Notes under the pieces: generated by a model | Seen by the model: the letters and a program-made list of their open reading frames with translations, nothing else | What the model was told of the DNA's origin: nothing | Databases searched by the model: none | Position numbers and translations under genes: made by a program | NCBI GenBank assembly: GCA_023388055.1 | Contig: JAEWGW010000026.1 | Location: 11,637-75,636, forward strand | DNA: 64,000 bases | Direction of reading: 5' to 3' | Origin: Bacillota bacterium | GTDB taxonomy: Bacteria; Bacillota; Bacilli; Paenibacillales; NBRC-103111 | Part shown: in pieces, positions 1 to 9,400 of the stretch | Numbering within the stretch: the stretch's first letter is position 1 | Layout of the letters: each line of letters starts with the position of its first letter

Positions 1-11
1 CAAAGGATGCG

Positions 12-83
12 AATAGCGTGAAATGGATTCGTTAGATTTTTTCGTGTCCGTTTTGGCAAAATAGCGCGTTGTAGATTCTTTAG
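12..83. repeat. Two ~24-bp units (AATAGCG...TTCGTTAG-like), right half of an intergenic repeat element
   Basis: AATAGCGTGAAATGGATTCGTTAG (12-35) and AATAGCGCGTTGTAGATTCTTTAG (60-83), 48 bp apart; resemble the units at 38791-38864. Confidence 0.6.
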
Positions 84-156
84 CCGGATTCCAGCTGTGT
101 TGAGCAGATGAGTGGTCCGGGCATCACATCCGTCGGCTATGAGCATGTACCCGAGC

Positions 157-341
157 AGGGGCCAAATGCAAAAGTACATCTATTTTCTGGGAGGAGCGCG
201 TGACGGAGGGGCCAAATGCAAAAGTGCATTTATTTCCTGCGGATTCCACCAGTGGGGCAGAGTCAACGAGAATTAGATGCACTTTTGCAGGATAAGCGGC
301 TATAAGGAGAGGTTTCTTCAAAAATAACTGCATTTTTGCAG
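157..341. repeat. Nested inverted-repeat element (2 direct + 2 inverted TGCAAAAGTGCA-like units)
   Basis: GGGCCAAATGCAAAAGTRCATYTATTT at 159 and 209 (50-bp pitch); reverse-complement copies at 271-290 and 322-341. Confidence 0.75.
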
Positions 342-425
342 GATGGGGTTGTTGGCGGAGTAGAGGGGCTCCCTGATGCCGAATATGGCAGGGGGGGTTA
401 TGTGTGGGGAAAAGAGAATTTGATG

Positions 426-454
426 TTGACAAATTAAATAGTAATAATTACAGT
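426..454 (+). promoter_or_regulatory. sigma-A promoter of the importer-chelatase operon
   Basis: TTGACA (426-431), 17-nt spacer, TACAGT (449-454); AT-rich context. Confidence 0.7.
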
Positions 455-456
455 TA
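436..456. promoter_or_regulatory. Zur-type box 1, overlapping spacer and -10
   Basis: AAATAGTAATAATTACAGTTA vs Bacillus Zur consensus AAATCGTAATnATTACGATTT. Confidence 0.7.
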
Positions 457-467
457 TAAGAGAACTA

Positions 468-488
468 TAATAGTAATATTTACGAAAT
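468..488. promoter_or_regulatory. Zur-type box 2, downstream of the predicted start site
   Basis: TAATAGTAATATTTACGAAAT; core GTAAT-n-TTTACGA. Confidence 0.65.
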
Positions 489-516
489 AAGAGAAAAGAC
501 CGGAGGCAGCAGCAGT

Positions 517-1572
517 ATGAAGAAAAATCGGGTTACAGTTCTATCCATCGGTTTTCTGGCGGGGGTAATACTGACAGGGTGTGGCGTTCAACAGGATGCA
601 CAAAACGGAGCGCAGCCGGAGGTGACAGCAGCGGCTTCATCTGCGGTTTTCGCCCAACCGGCTTCTCCCCAGACGGCTCCCCCGCAGGCCACAGGCAAGC
701 TTACTCTTACGGATGACCTGAAGCGTACGGTGGTTCTGGAGCGGAAGCCGGAACGGATTGTGGTGCTTTCGCCGGAAATGCTGGAGCTGATGTATGCTAT
801 CGGCGGTACCGCTGTGGGGCGGGCCGAGGCGGCCGGTATAATTCCGCCCAAAGGAGCGGAGAACGTGCCTGCAGTCGGGCAGATGCGCCAGGTAAGTCTG
901 GAGCAGGTGCTGGCGTTGAAGCCGGATCTGGTTATTGGGCAGCCTGTTTTCCATAAGGATATGGAGCAGACCCTGACCGCCAGCGGCATCCCTGTTGCGT
1001 TCCTCAAGCTGGGTTCACTGGAGGAGGTTCATGCCAAAACGGAGCTGTTGGGCCGGATTACGGGGAAAGAGGCGGAGGCCCAAAAGGCTCTAGCCGGGAT
1101 GGACAACCGGGTGGAGCAGGTGATAAAGAAGCTGCCTGCCGAGATGCCCACCTTTGTGAATTTGAATGTAACCCCAGGAGTGGTCTCCATCCAGCGGAAC
1201 GATATGGCCGGGCTGGAGATCGCCAAAAAGATGAATCTGGTGAATGTGGCGGAGGAGCTGCCTACAGACAAGCCGGATGCCAGTACACTGCCTTACAGTC
1301 TTGAAAAACTCATCGAGAAGAACCCGGACTATATCTTCCTCATTATCCACGGCAGCAAGGAAGCAGGCGAGAAGAAGATCAAAACGGAAATGGAAAGCAA
1401 TCCGGCTTGGTCCTCCCTAAAGGCTGTTCAGGAGAAAAAAGTGATCGTCATGCCCTCCGAGCTGTTCCTGACCAATCCGGGGCTGAAATATGATGAGTCT
1501 ATGATGTATCTGGGACAGTTTGTGTATCCTGATGCTTACGGCCAGCCGCAAACCGCAGGCAAGGTGCAATAG
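517..1572 (+). CDS. ABC substrate-binding lipoprotein, heme/cobalamin/siderophore (Peripla_BP_2) family
   Basis: Lipobox LTGC; TDDLKRTV..PERIVVL, EQVLALKPDLVI, WSSLKAVQ motifs; RBS GGAGG. Confidence 0.93.
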   Translation: MKKNRVTVLSIGFLAGVILTGCGVQQDAQNGAQPEVTAAASSAVFAQPASPQTAPPQATGKLTLTDDLKRTVVLERKPERIVVLSPEMLELMYAIGGTAVGRAEAAGIIPPKGAENVPAVGQMRQVSLEQVLALKPDLVIGQPVFHKDMEQTLTASGIPVAFLKLGSLEEVHAKTELLGRITGKEAEAQKALAGMDNRVEQVIKKLPAEMPTFVNLNVTPGVVSIQRNDMAGLEIAKKMNLVNVAEELPTDKPDASTLPYSLEKLIEKNPDYIFLIIHGSKEAGEKKIKTEMESNPAWSSLKAVQEKKVIVMPSELFLTNPGLKYDESMMYLGQFVYPDAYGQPQTAGKVQ

Positions 1573-1573
1573 T

Positions 1574-2695
1574 ATGGGCCAAGCAACCGAAAGCTTGCCG
1601 GCTGGAGAAGGACAGGGGTCCAGTTTCGAGCCTGGACCGGAAACCAGCTTCGAACCCGGAGTTCCATCCGGACCCGGAACGAAACAAAAGGCTGTAACTG
1701 TCCCACTGCGGGACAGACCGGCTTGGGGGCTGCTGATGCTGGCCATGCTTGGCTGCTGCGTGATTGCATCGGTCCTGTTCAGCATCTACAGCGGCGCCGT
1801 GAAGGTTCCCTTGGGGGATATCTCCCGGTACATACTGGATGACACCTTCCAGGGTCCGTTCCGCTCCATCGTATGGAATATCCGGATTCCCCGGGCGATC
1901 GTGGGACTTCTTGTGGGAGCCAGCCTCGCCGTTTCGGGAGCGCTGCTGCAAGGAGTCATGCGCAATCCTCTGGCCGATCCGCAAATTATCGGGGTATCCA
2001 GCGGTGCGGGCCTGTTCAGCATTCTGATTCTGATCGTATTCCAGGAATATGAATACCTGCTGCCGCCCGCCGCATTTGTGGGAGCGACCCTGGCGGCAGT
2101 GATCATTTACAGCTTGGCCTGGAAGGACGGGATCAATCCCGTTCGGATCGTGTTGGCGGGAGCGGCGGTGTCCGCCTTCCTGGGCGCAGGGATATCCGGG
2201 CTGATGATCTTTTACAGTGACCGGGTGCACGGGGCGCTAATCTTTATGGTAGGCGGCTTATCTGCCAAAAGCTGGCCCCACGTCTGGATTATTGCCCCGT
2301 ATGCGGCGTCGGGGCTGCTCCTGGCTGGCCTGGGAGCCGGGCGGATGAACCTGCTTATGCTGGGGGATGCGGCGGCCCGGAATCTGGGTGTCCGGGTGGA
2401 ATGGGTCCGCCTATCCATGACGGCGGTGGCTACATTGCTTGCGGCAAGCTCGGTTAGTGTGGCGGGACTGTTGGGCTTTGTGGGACTGATCGTGCCGCAC
2501 GCCACCAGGCTGATGATCGGCAAGGATTACAGGCTGCTTCTGCCTGCATCGGCCTTGCTGGGGGCGGCCGTCGTCACTATCTGCGACACGCTGGCCCGTT
2601 TACTCTGGGCGCCTACGGAGCTGCCGGTGGGGATTATTATGGGAGCCGTAGGGGCGCCGTTTTTTCTGTATTTATTGAGGAGGCAAACCATGTGA
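1574..2695 (+). CDS. FecCD/BtuC-family ABC permease
   Basis: IRIPR..G..LAVSG.LLQ..RNPLADP, GFVGLIVPH, ELPVG..GAPFF; ATG 1 nt after upstream stop. Confidence 0.95.
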   Translation: MGQATESLPAGEGQGSSFEPGPETSFEPGVPSGPGTKQKAVTVPLRDRPAWGLLMLAMLGCCVIASVLFSIYSGAVKVPLGDISRYILDDTFQGPFRSIVWNIRIPRAIVGLLVGASLAVSGALLQGVMRNPLADPQIIGVSSGAGLFSILILIVFQEYEYLLPPAAFVGATLAAVIIYSLAWKDGINPVRIVLAGAAVSAFLGAGISGLMIFYSDRVHGALIFMVGGLSAKSWPHVWIIAPYAASGLLLAGLGAGRMNLLMLGDAAARNLGVRVEWVRLSMTAVATLLAASSVSVAGLLGFVGLIVPHATRLMIGKDYRLLLPASALLGAAVVTICDTLARLLWAPTELPVGIIMGAVGAPFFLYLLRRQTM

Positions 2696-3504
2696 GCATG
2701 CTGGAAGCAACGGATTTGCAGCTTGACTATGGCAATGGCCGGGCCATTGTGGACGGTTTGTCCCTGCATCTGCCCAAGGGTAAGATATACAGCATTATCG
2801 GCCCCAACGGATGCGGCAAAAGTACGCTTCTGCGGGCCTTGTCCCGGCAGCTAAGGCCGTCTGGTGGGCAAGTGCTGCTGGATGGCAAGAATTTGTTCCG
2901 CACCCCTCCCAAGGAGGCGGCCAGGAAGCTGTCCTTTTTGGCCCAAATCCAGGAGAGGGTGGAGATGAAGGTAAAGGATCTGGTGGCGTACGGGCGGACG
3001 CCCTACCGGTCACTGGGCCAAACCCGGCAGACCGGGCAGGACCGGAGCATTGTGGCCTGGGCAATGGAGGCTACTGCGGTTGCAGCCATGGCGGAACGGG
3101 ATGTGGCCGACTTAAGCGGCGGTGAGCGGCAGCGGGTTTGGATTGCCATGGCCTTGGCTCAACGCCCGGAGCTGCTGCTGCTGGATGAACCTACCACTTA
3201 CCTGGATATCTGCCATCAGATGGAGGTGCTGGAGCTTCTGCAGCAGCTGAACCGGACGTACGGCATGACCATTCTGATGGTGCTCCATGAGATGAATCAG
3301 GCCTGCCAGTTTTCCGATGAGATAATCGTGATGAAGGAGGGTGCCATCCATGCCCGTGGAGAGCCCCTTGAGGTGATGACCCCGGAGCTGTTGCAGGAGG
3401 TTTTTCAGGTCAAGGCTATCGTCGGCAAGGATGGGGATACCGGCAAACCCTATTGCCGGATTCAAGGGAGAATGACCAGACAGGAGAGAGGGATTGTAAT
3501 ATGA
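2692..3504 (+). CDS. FecE/FhuC-type ABC ATPase
   Basis: [34 protein letters not shown] overlap with permease. Confidence 0.95.
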   Translation: MSMLEATDLQLDYGNGRAIVDGLSLHLPKGKIYSIIGPNGCGKSTLLRALSRQLRPSGGQVLLDGKNLFRTPPKEAARKLSFLAQIQERVEMKVKDLVAYGRTPYRSLGQTRQTGQDRSIVAWAMEATAVAAMAERDVADLSGGERQRVWIAMALAQRPELLLLDEPTTYLDICHQMEVLELLQQLNRTYGMTILMVLHEMNQACQFSDEIIVMKEGAIHARGEPLEVMTPELLQEVFQVKAIVGKDGDTGKPYCRIQGRMTRQERGIVI

Positions 3505-4424
3505 AAGCAACACAGGCGGTATATCCGTTTAGCGCTATAGTCGGCCAGGAGCGGATGAAAACGGCGCTGCTTCTGAATCTGATCAACCCCAAGCTTGGCG
3601 GGGTGCTGATCCAGGGGGAAAAGGGGACGGCCAAGTCCACAGCGGTTCGGGCGGCAGCCCAACTGATGCCCGGTGTGGATGTAGTGAATCTTCCCGTCAG
3701 CGCGACTGAAGACCGGGTGGTGGGGACACTGGACATCCAGCATGCCCTCGCCGCCGGGGAGAAGCGGTTTGAACCGGGGCTTCTGGCCCGGGCGGATGGA
3801 CATATTCTCTATGTGGATGAAATCAATCTGCTGGATGACCATATTGTGGATGTGCTGCTGGATGCGGCTGCTTCGGGTGTGAATACCGTGGAGCGGGAGG
3901 GGATTTCCCATTCCCATGCGTCGCGGTTTATTCTGGTGGGAACCATGAATCCCGAGGAAGGGGATCTGCGTCCGCAGCTGTTGGACCGGTTCGGCCTGTT
4001 TGTGGAGGTAGGCGGCGAAACGGAGGTAGACCTGCGGATGGAGGTAATCCGGCGGCGGCTGGCCTTTGAGGCCGATCCGGATTCGTTTATGGCGGCATAT
4101 GCACAGGAGCAGGCGGAGCTGACCGCACAGCTGCGGGCTGCCCGGGAGCGCCTGGCGTCCCTGGTTTATTCCGATCGGATTCTGGAGCTGGCGGCGCAAA
4201 TCTCGATTGCCATGCAGGTGGATGGCCACCGGTCGGATATTACCCTGGTCAAAACGGCTGCCGCCCTGGCTGCATACCGGGGAGCGCCGGTTATCCAGGA
4301 AGCCCACCTGCATGAAGCGGCAGGAATGGTGTTGCCCCACCGGATGAAGCGTACCCCCTTCGCCGCAGCGGACCACCGGATGGAGACGCTCCGGGAGACG
4401 TTAGGCAGGCTGAAGCTGGCATGA
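3501..4424 (+). CDS. Class I chelatase AAA+ subunit I (ChlI/BchI-like)
   Basis: [58 protein letters not shown] overlap. Confidence 0.93.
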   Translation: MKATQAVYPFSAIVGQERMKTALLLNLINPKLGGVLIQGEKGTAKSTAVRAAAQLMPGVDVVNLPVSATEDRVVGTLDIQHALAAGEKRFEPGLLARADGHILYVDEINLLDDHIVDVLLDAAASGVNTVEREGISHSHASRFILVGTMNPEEGDLRPQLLDRFGLFVEVGGETEVDLRMEVIRRRLAFEADPDSFMAAYAQEQAELTAQLRAARERLASLVYSDRILELAAQISIAMQVDGHRSDITLVKTAAALAAYRGAPVIQEAHLHEAAGMVLPHRMKRTPFAAADHRMETLRETLGRLKLA

Positions 4425-6436
4425 ACGGAGACGTTGTAAGGGCGGCGGCTTACCCGTTTGCAGCTGTTGTGGGGCAGGAGGAGGCCAAGCTTGCGCTTAT
4501 CCTTCATGCCGTACACCAGGGGTTGGGCGGGGTGCTGCTTTCGGGGAAGGGAGGCATGGCCAAAACGGTGCTGCTTCGGGGGATTGCCGGGCTGGCCGAC
4601 GATGGGTCACATGTGGAAATCCCGCTGGGCGTTACCGAAGACCGGCTATGGGGCAGCCTCGACCTGCAAGCCATGCTGCGCTCCGGCGAAAGGCGGCTGC
4701 AGACCGGACTGCTGGCGGAGTCCAACGGGCGGAGCCTCATGGCGGACCATTTTAATCTGCTGCCCCCGGGAGTTGCCTTTTCTATTGTGGAAGCGGCGCA
4801 ATCCGGCAGCCTGCGGCTGGAGCGGGAGGGCTTCTCCGCGTGTATCCCTGCCGTATTCCGTTTGTTCGCCGCTGTCCAACCGGAGGAGGGAGAGGTGTCC
4901 CCGGGATTATTCGGCGCGTTCGGGCTTTATGTGCAGCTGCAGCTGGTGGAGGAATTGGCGGAGCGCAAGGAGATTATCCGGCGGCAGCTGGATTATGAGG
5001 CTGATCCGCAGGCATTTGTGCTGCGTTACGCCGCAGCCACTGCAGCTTTGCGCCTCCGTACCGCGGAAGCACGGCACAGGCTGGCTTCTGTGGCCCCGGA
5101 GGAGTCAGCTATCCGCCTGGCTGTGCAGCTGGCGCGGGAGGCCCGGTGCCAGGGCCAGCGCCGGGAGCTGGCAGCGGTGGAGGCCGCCAGAGCCTTGGCC
5201 GCCTGGGAGGGCCGGACCTGCTGCACCGAAGCGGACATTCGCCGTGTGGCGGCTTGGACTCTTGAGCCGTGGAGCCGGGCATGGACGCCTCCGCAGAAAC
5301 AACCGGCGGAGGGCCGTGCGGAGGAGACGGCGGCACCGCCGGCTCCAGAAGAGAGGCCTCCCGCAGGTGATGCTGCCGGGAGCGAGGAGTCTCCGGCACG
5401 GGAGCGGGCGTCGGACGGTGACGATGACGGACCAAGAGGGGAGTTGGGAGTCACGGGAGACGGAGCCGCCGCAACGCGAGACAGGTCCGCCGTCTTGAAT
5501 GGTGCAGATTCTGAAGCGGAGTCCTCCGCCAACGCAGCACAGGCAGTGGAGCCGCTGAAGGTGGAGGCAGCGGGTCAAGCCTTTGCGGTCCGCCCCATTG
5601 CCTTCCAGCCGGGTGACCGTCAGCCCCGCAGCGGAGCCGGGCGGCGCAATCTGACCCGGTCGGGCACCCCGCAGGGGCGGTATGTGGGCTTCCGCCGCCC
5701 GTCCGGCCAGGCGCCGGCGGGAGATCTTGCCCTGGACGCCACGCTCCGGGCGGCGGCCCCGTTTCAGGCGGTGCGCCGCCGGGGCGACGGCAGCGGCAGA
5801 GTGGTGATCCTGCCGGAGGACCTCCGGCAGAAGGTCAGGGAGCGCCGCACCGGCACCGCCATTCTGCTGGCGGTGGATGCCAGCGGCTCCATGGCCGCCC
5901 GCAAGCGGATGGCGGCGGTGAAGGGCGCGGTGCTGTCCCTGCTTCAGGACGCTTATCAGAAGCGGGACCGCATCGGCCTGCTTGCCTTCCGCGGAGCATC
6001 GGCAGAGGAGATTCTGCCCCTCACCCGCAGCGTGGATCTGGCCATGAAGCAGCTCCGGGAGCTGCCTACCGGGGGCAGAACACCCTTGGCCCAAGCCATC
6101 CGGCTGGGGTGGCAGATTCTGGAGCGGGCCCGCCGTAAGGACAAGGAGCTGATCCCTGCGCTGGTGTTGGTTACGGATGGCAGAGCCAGTCAGGCGCTGG
6201 ACGGCAGCACCTCCGGCAGCGCTGCGGATGTGCTGACGGAATGCCTGTCCGTTGCCCGGGCATTCCGGGAAAGCGGACTGCATGCGCTGGTGATTGATAC
6301 GGAGCAGGGATTTATCCGGCTGGAGCAGGCCGCCCGACTGGCGGAGGCGCTTGGCGCCGATTATTGCCGCCTGGAGGAGCTGGACGGAGCCGGAGTGGCG
6401 GCAGCCGTCCGGCAGATGGTGAAAGGAGACCGATAA
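4421..6436 (+). CDS. Class I chelatase subunit D (ChlD/BchD-like): degenerate AAA, Pro/acidic linker, VWA
   Basis: YPFAAVVGQ; degenerate Walker A/B ([15 protein letters not shown]); [33 protein letters not shown]. Confidence 0.92.
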   Translation: MNGDVVRAAAYPFAAVVGQEEAKLALILHAVHQGLGGVLLSGKGGMAKTVLLRGIAGLADDGSHVEIPLGVTEDRLWGSLDLQAMLRSGERRLQTGLLAESNGRSLMADHFNLLPPGVAFSIVEAAQSGSLRLEREGFSACIPAVFRLFAAVQPEEGEVSPGLFGAFGLYVQLQLVEELAERKEIIRRQLDYEADPQAFVLRYAAATAALRLRTAEARHRLASVAPEESAIRLAVQLAREARCQGQRRELAAVEAARALAAWEGRTCCTEADIRRVAAWTLEPWSRAWTPPQKQPAEGRAEETAAPPAPEERPPAGDAAGSEESPARERASDGDDDGPRGELGVTGDGAAATRDRSAVLNGADSEAESSANAAQAVEPLKVEAAGQAFAVRPIAFQPGDRQPRSGAGRRNLTRSGTPQGRYVGFRRPSGQAPAGDLALDATLRAAAPFQAVRRRGDGSGRVVILPEDLRQKVRERRTGTAILLAVDASGSMAARKRMAAVKGAVLSLLQDAYQKRDRIGLLAFRGASAEEILPLTRSVDLAMKQLRELPTGGRTPLAQAIRLGWQILERARRKDKELIPALVLVTDGRASQALDGSTSGSAADVLTECLSVARAFRESGLHALVIDTEQGFIRLEQAARLAEALGADYCRLEELDGAGVAAAVRQMVKGDR

Positions 6437-9400
6437 TGAAGCTGATTGTATGTACCGCATCCTATGATGTGCTGCGGAATTTCTCCGCGGTTTTTTCTGA
6501 CCTCAGTCCAGAACGGAAGCAGGAGCTGAAGCTCTCCCTTTATCATACGGAGGAGATGCCGCAGCCTGAGGTGCTGGCGCAGCTCCAAGCTGCTGTCCGG
6601 GAAGCGGATGTGATTCTTCACGATCCGCATGGCATGGCGGATAGTCTGATCAAGCTCCTGCTGGCCGAATGCGCCGGCTGCCGTGCACAGCAGATTACAG
6701 TAGGGGGTGACAGCGGAAGGCTGGGGCGGCTGCTGCGCCTGGGAGATCTTACAGGACGCGATGTGGAGGCTCTGGCGGCGAATAACCGTCAGCCCACTGA
6801 CCACCAGCCGTCAGCCCGTTCCATTCCCTCCCGGCCTTCAACCACCCTCATCTCCGCCCAGCAGCAGGACTATGAGCTGCTCTTGAAGCTGCGGACCTAT
6901 TGGCAATCCGGCGGTTTGGAGAATATCCGCAATCTGCTTTTGCAGGTGGTCCACCAGTGGGGAGGAGAAGAGGCTTCGCACTGGCCGATGCCGGAGGAGC
7001 CGATGACGCTGAATGGCCTCAATCTGTTTGATCCGACTACTCGAAAACGCTACAAGACGCTCGGGGAATATTGGCAGAAAACATCCCGCAACCCGGATGC
7101 TTCTACTGTGGCTGTCCTGTTCATGGGCAGCACCTACCCCGTTGATTTGCACCCCATTGTGGCGGGTATGATGGAGCGGCTTCGAGGTTTTGCCCATGTG
7201 CTGCCGGTTGCCTTTGGTTCCATCACCGGCGTGGATGTGGGGCAGCTGCGGGAGCTCCTGTTATACGGCAGCCCCTCAGGCGGCGCCGTCAACATGGTTG
7301 TGAATTTCATCCCCTTCCGCCTGGGCGCCGGGCCCGTAGGCGGAGATTCATCGGCGGTGCTGGCGCTCCTGGAGGAGCTTAAGGCGCCGCTTCTGCATCC
7401 GGTGTTCCTGTCCAAACGCCTGCGGCAGGAATGGGAGGATTCCCCCGAGGGTTTGTCCCCTGGAGAGTTTCTGGTGCAGATGATGCTGCCCGAGCTGGAC
7501 GGGGCCATTGAGCTTTTGCCCCTGGCGGCCATGGATGAGGAGGGTGTCCACGAGGAGCTCGGCATCAAGTGGCGGACTCTGTCCCTGATTGAGGAACGGG
7601 CGGATCGCCTGGCCGCCAAAATCCGCCGGTGGCTGGCGCTTCAAACCAAACCGCGCCAAAACAAACGGTTGTCCATTCTCTGCTACAATTATCCGCCGGG
7701 AGAAGCCCATCTGTTCGGAGGTTCCTTTCTGGACACCTTCGAATCGGTTTCCCGTTTGCTCACCAGGCTGAAGCAAGCCGGCTACGATGTACAGGAGATG
7801 TCCGCAGCGGAGCTCCGCGACGCTTTTGTGGGGAGAGGGCTGATCAATTCTGCTCAATGGAGAGACGAAGCCGGCTCAGCCAACATGCTGCGTTACTCAC
7901 ACACCCGGTGCGAGGCATATTTCCGGCAATCCCCCCACCGAAGGGAGATGGAGGAACAGTGGGGACCGCCTCCAGGGGATATGATGAGCGACGGGGGCAG
8001 CTATCTGATTCCGGGATTGGTCAACGGCAATGTGTTTATCGGACTGCAGCCGGCCAGAGGAATTCACGAGCAATCCGAAAAAGCCTACCATGACCGGTCG
8101 GTACTCCCTCCTTATCAGTATCAGGCCTTTTACCATTATCTCCGGCAGGAGTTCAAAACCGACGCGATTCTCCACGTAGGGACTCATGGCACCCTTGAGT
8201 TTATGACGGGCAAGGAAACCGGCATGTCCGGGCGCTGCCTGCCGGATGAGCTGGCGGGGGAGCTGCCCCATCTGTATTACTACTATGTGGGCAATCCCGC
8301 CGAGGCGATGGTGGCCAAACGCCGCAGCCATGCAGTGCTGATGAGCTACCAGTCCCCCCCTTTTGTGGAGAGTGAGCTGTATGGCGAATACCTCCTGTTG
8401 GATGCCCTTCTGAACGAATACCATCAAGCGGAAAAGCTGAACCCCGGCCAATGCCCGGATATCTGGACCCGGATTATGAAAAAAGCCGCCGAGCTGCATC
8501 TGGAGGCGGAGGATGCCGAGGCTATTGAGGATGAAATCTACCGGATGCGGCGTTCCCTGATTCCTGCAGGGCTGCATGTGCTGGGGGAGGGGTATAACAG
8601 GGAGGAGGCGGCCTCTTACATGAAATTCGTCCTCCGTCATGACCGTCATGAGGTCCGTTCCTTGCAAGGGCTGGTGGCGGAGGCGGAGGGGCTGGACTAC
8701 GAGCAGCTGACAGCCGGCAGCCATACACCGGAGCTGCAGCGTTTGGATGATTTGGTTACTGCGCTAACCGCCCAATTCGCCGAAACAGGTGAGGTTCCTT
8801 CCTTGGCTTCCGGCAATATTGCTCTGCAGGAGGCTTGGGCCAAAACCTGGCAGTTCGGCCGGCAGGCCTTCCGTCTGGCGTCGTCTAATCTGGAGCTGGA
8901 CCAGCTCATCCGTCTGTTGGATGGGGAATATTCCCCGGCCCGGCTGGCTGGAGATGCCATCCGGCACCCGGACATTTTGCCTACCGGCTATAATCTCTAC
9001 CAATTTGACTGCCGGTCGGTTCCCAGTGATACCGCTGCCTCCAGAGGGGCGGCCATTGCCGACAATGTGGTGGAGCTATACCAACGCCATCACGGCCACG
9101 TTCCGGACACTACTGCCCTGGTCATGTGGGGGCTGGAAACCTCCCGGACCCAAGGGGAAACCTTCGGACAGATTCTCCGGCTGATGGGGGTCCGTATTGC
9201 CGGCAGAAGCCGGTTCAACCAGCCGGTATTCGATATTATTCCCCTAGGTGAGCTGGGGCGGCCCAGGCTGAATGTGGTGGTGACCATCTGCGGCTTCTTC
9301 CGGGATATGTTCCCTAACTTGCTGGAGACACTGAATGAGCTGTTCCGGCAGGTCTCCGCGCTTGACGAAACGGAGGAGGAGAACCGGTTCAGGAAGCATT

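Noticed and set aside
157..341. CRISPR array (also considered for 38680-38864)
   Set aside because: Only four degenerate units, orientation flips midway, and there are no cas genes
124..432. 102-aa minus-strand ORF
   Set aside because: Lies entirely over the repeat element and promoter; no RBS or protein-like composition
436..488. Fur or PerR boxes
   Set aside because: Cores are GTAAT/TTAC rather than GATAAT/ATTATC or TTATAAT, so Zur fits better
345..516. Cobalamin riboswitch upstream of a BtuF/CobN-like operon
   Set aside because: The predicted promoter leaves only about 55 nt of AT-rich leader and no B12-box motif is visible
4421..6436. Programmed frameshift in chlD producing both I and D subunits
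   Set aside because: chlD is one uninterrupted frame and a separate intact chlI lies upstream
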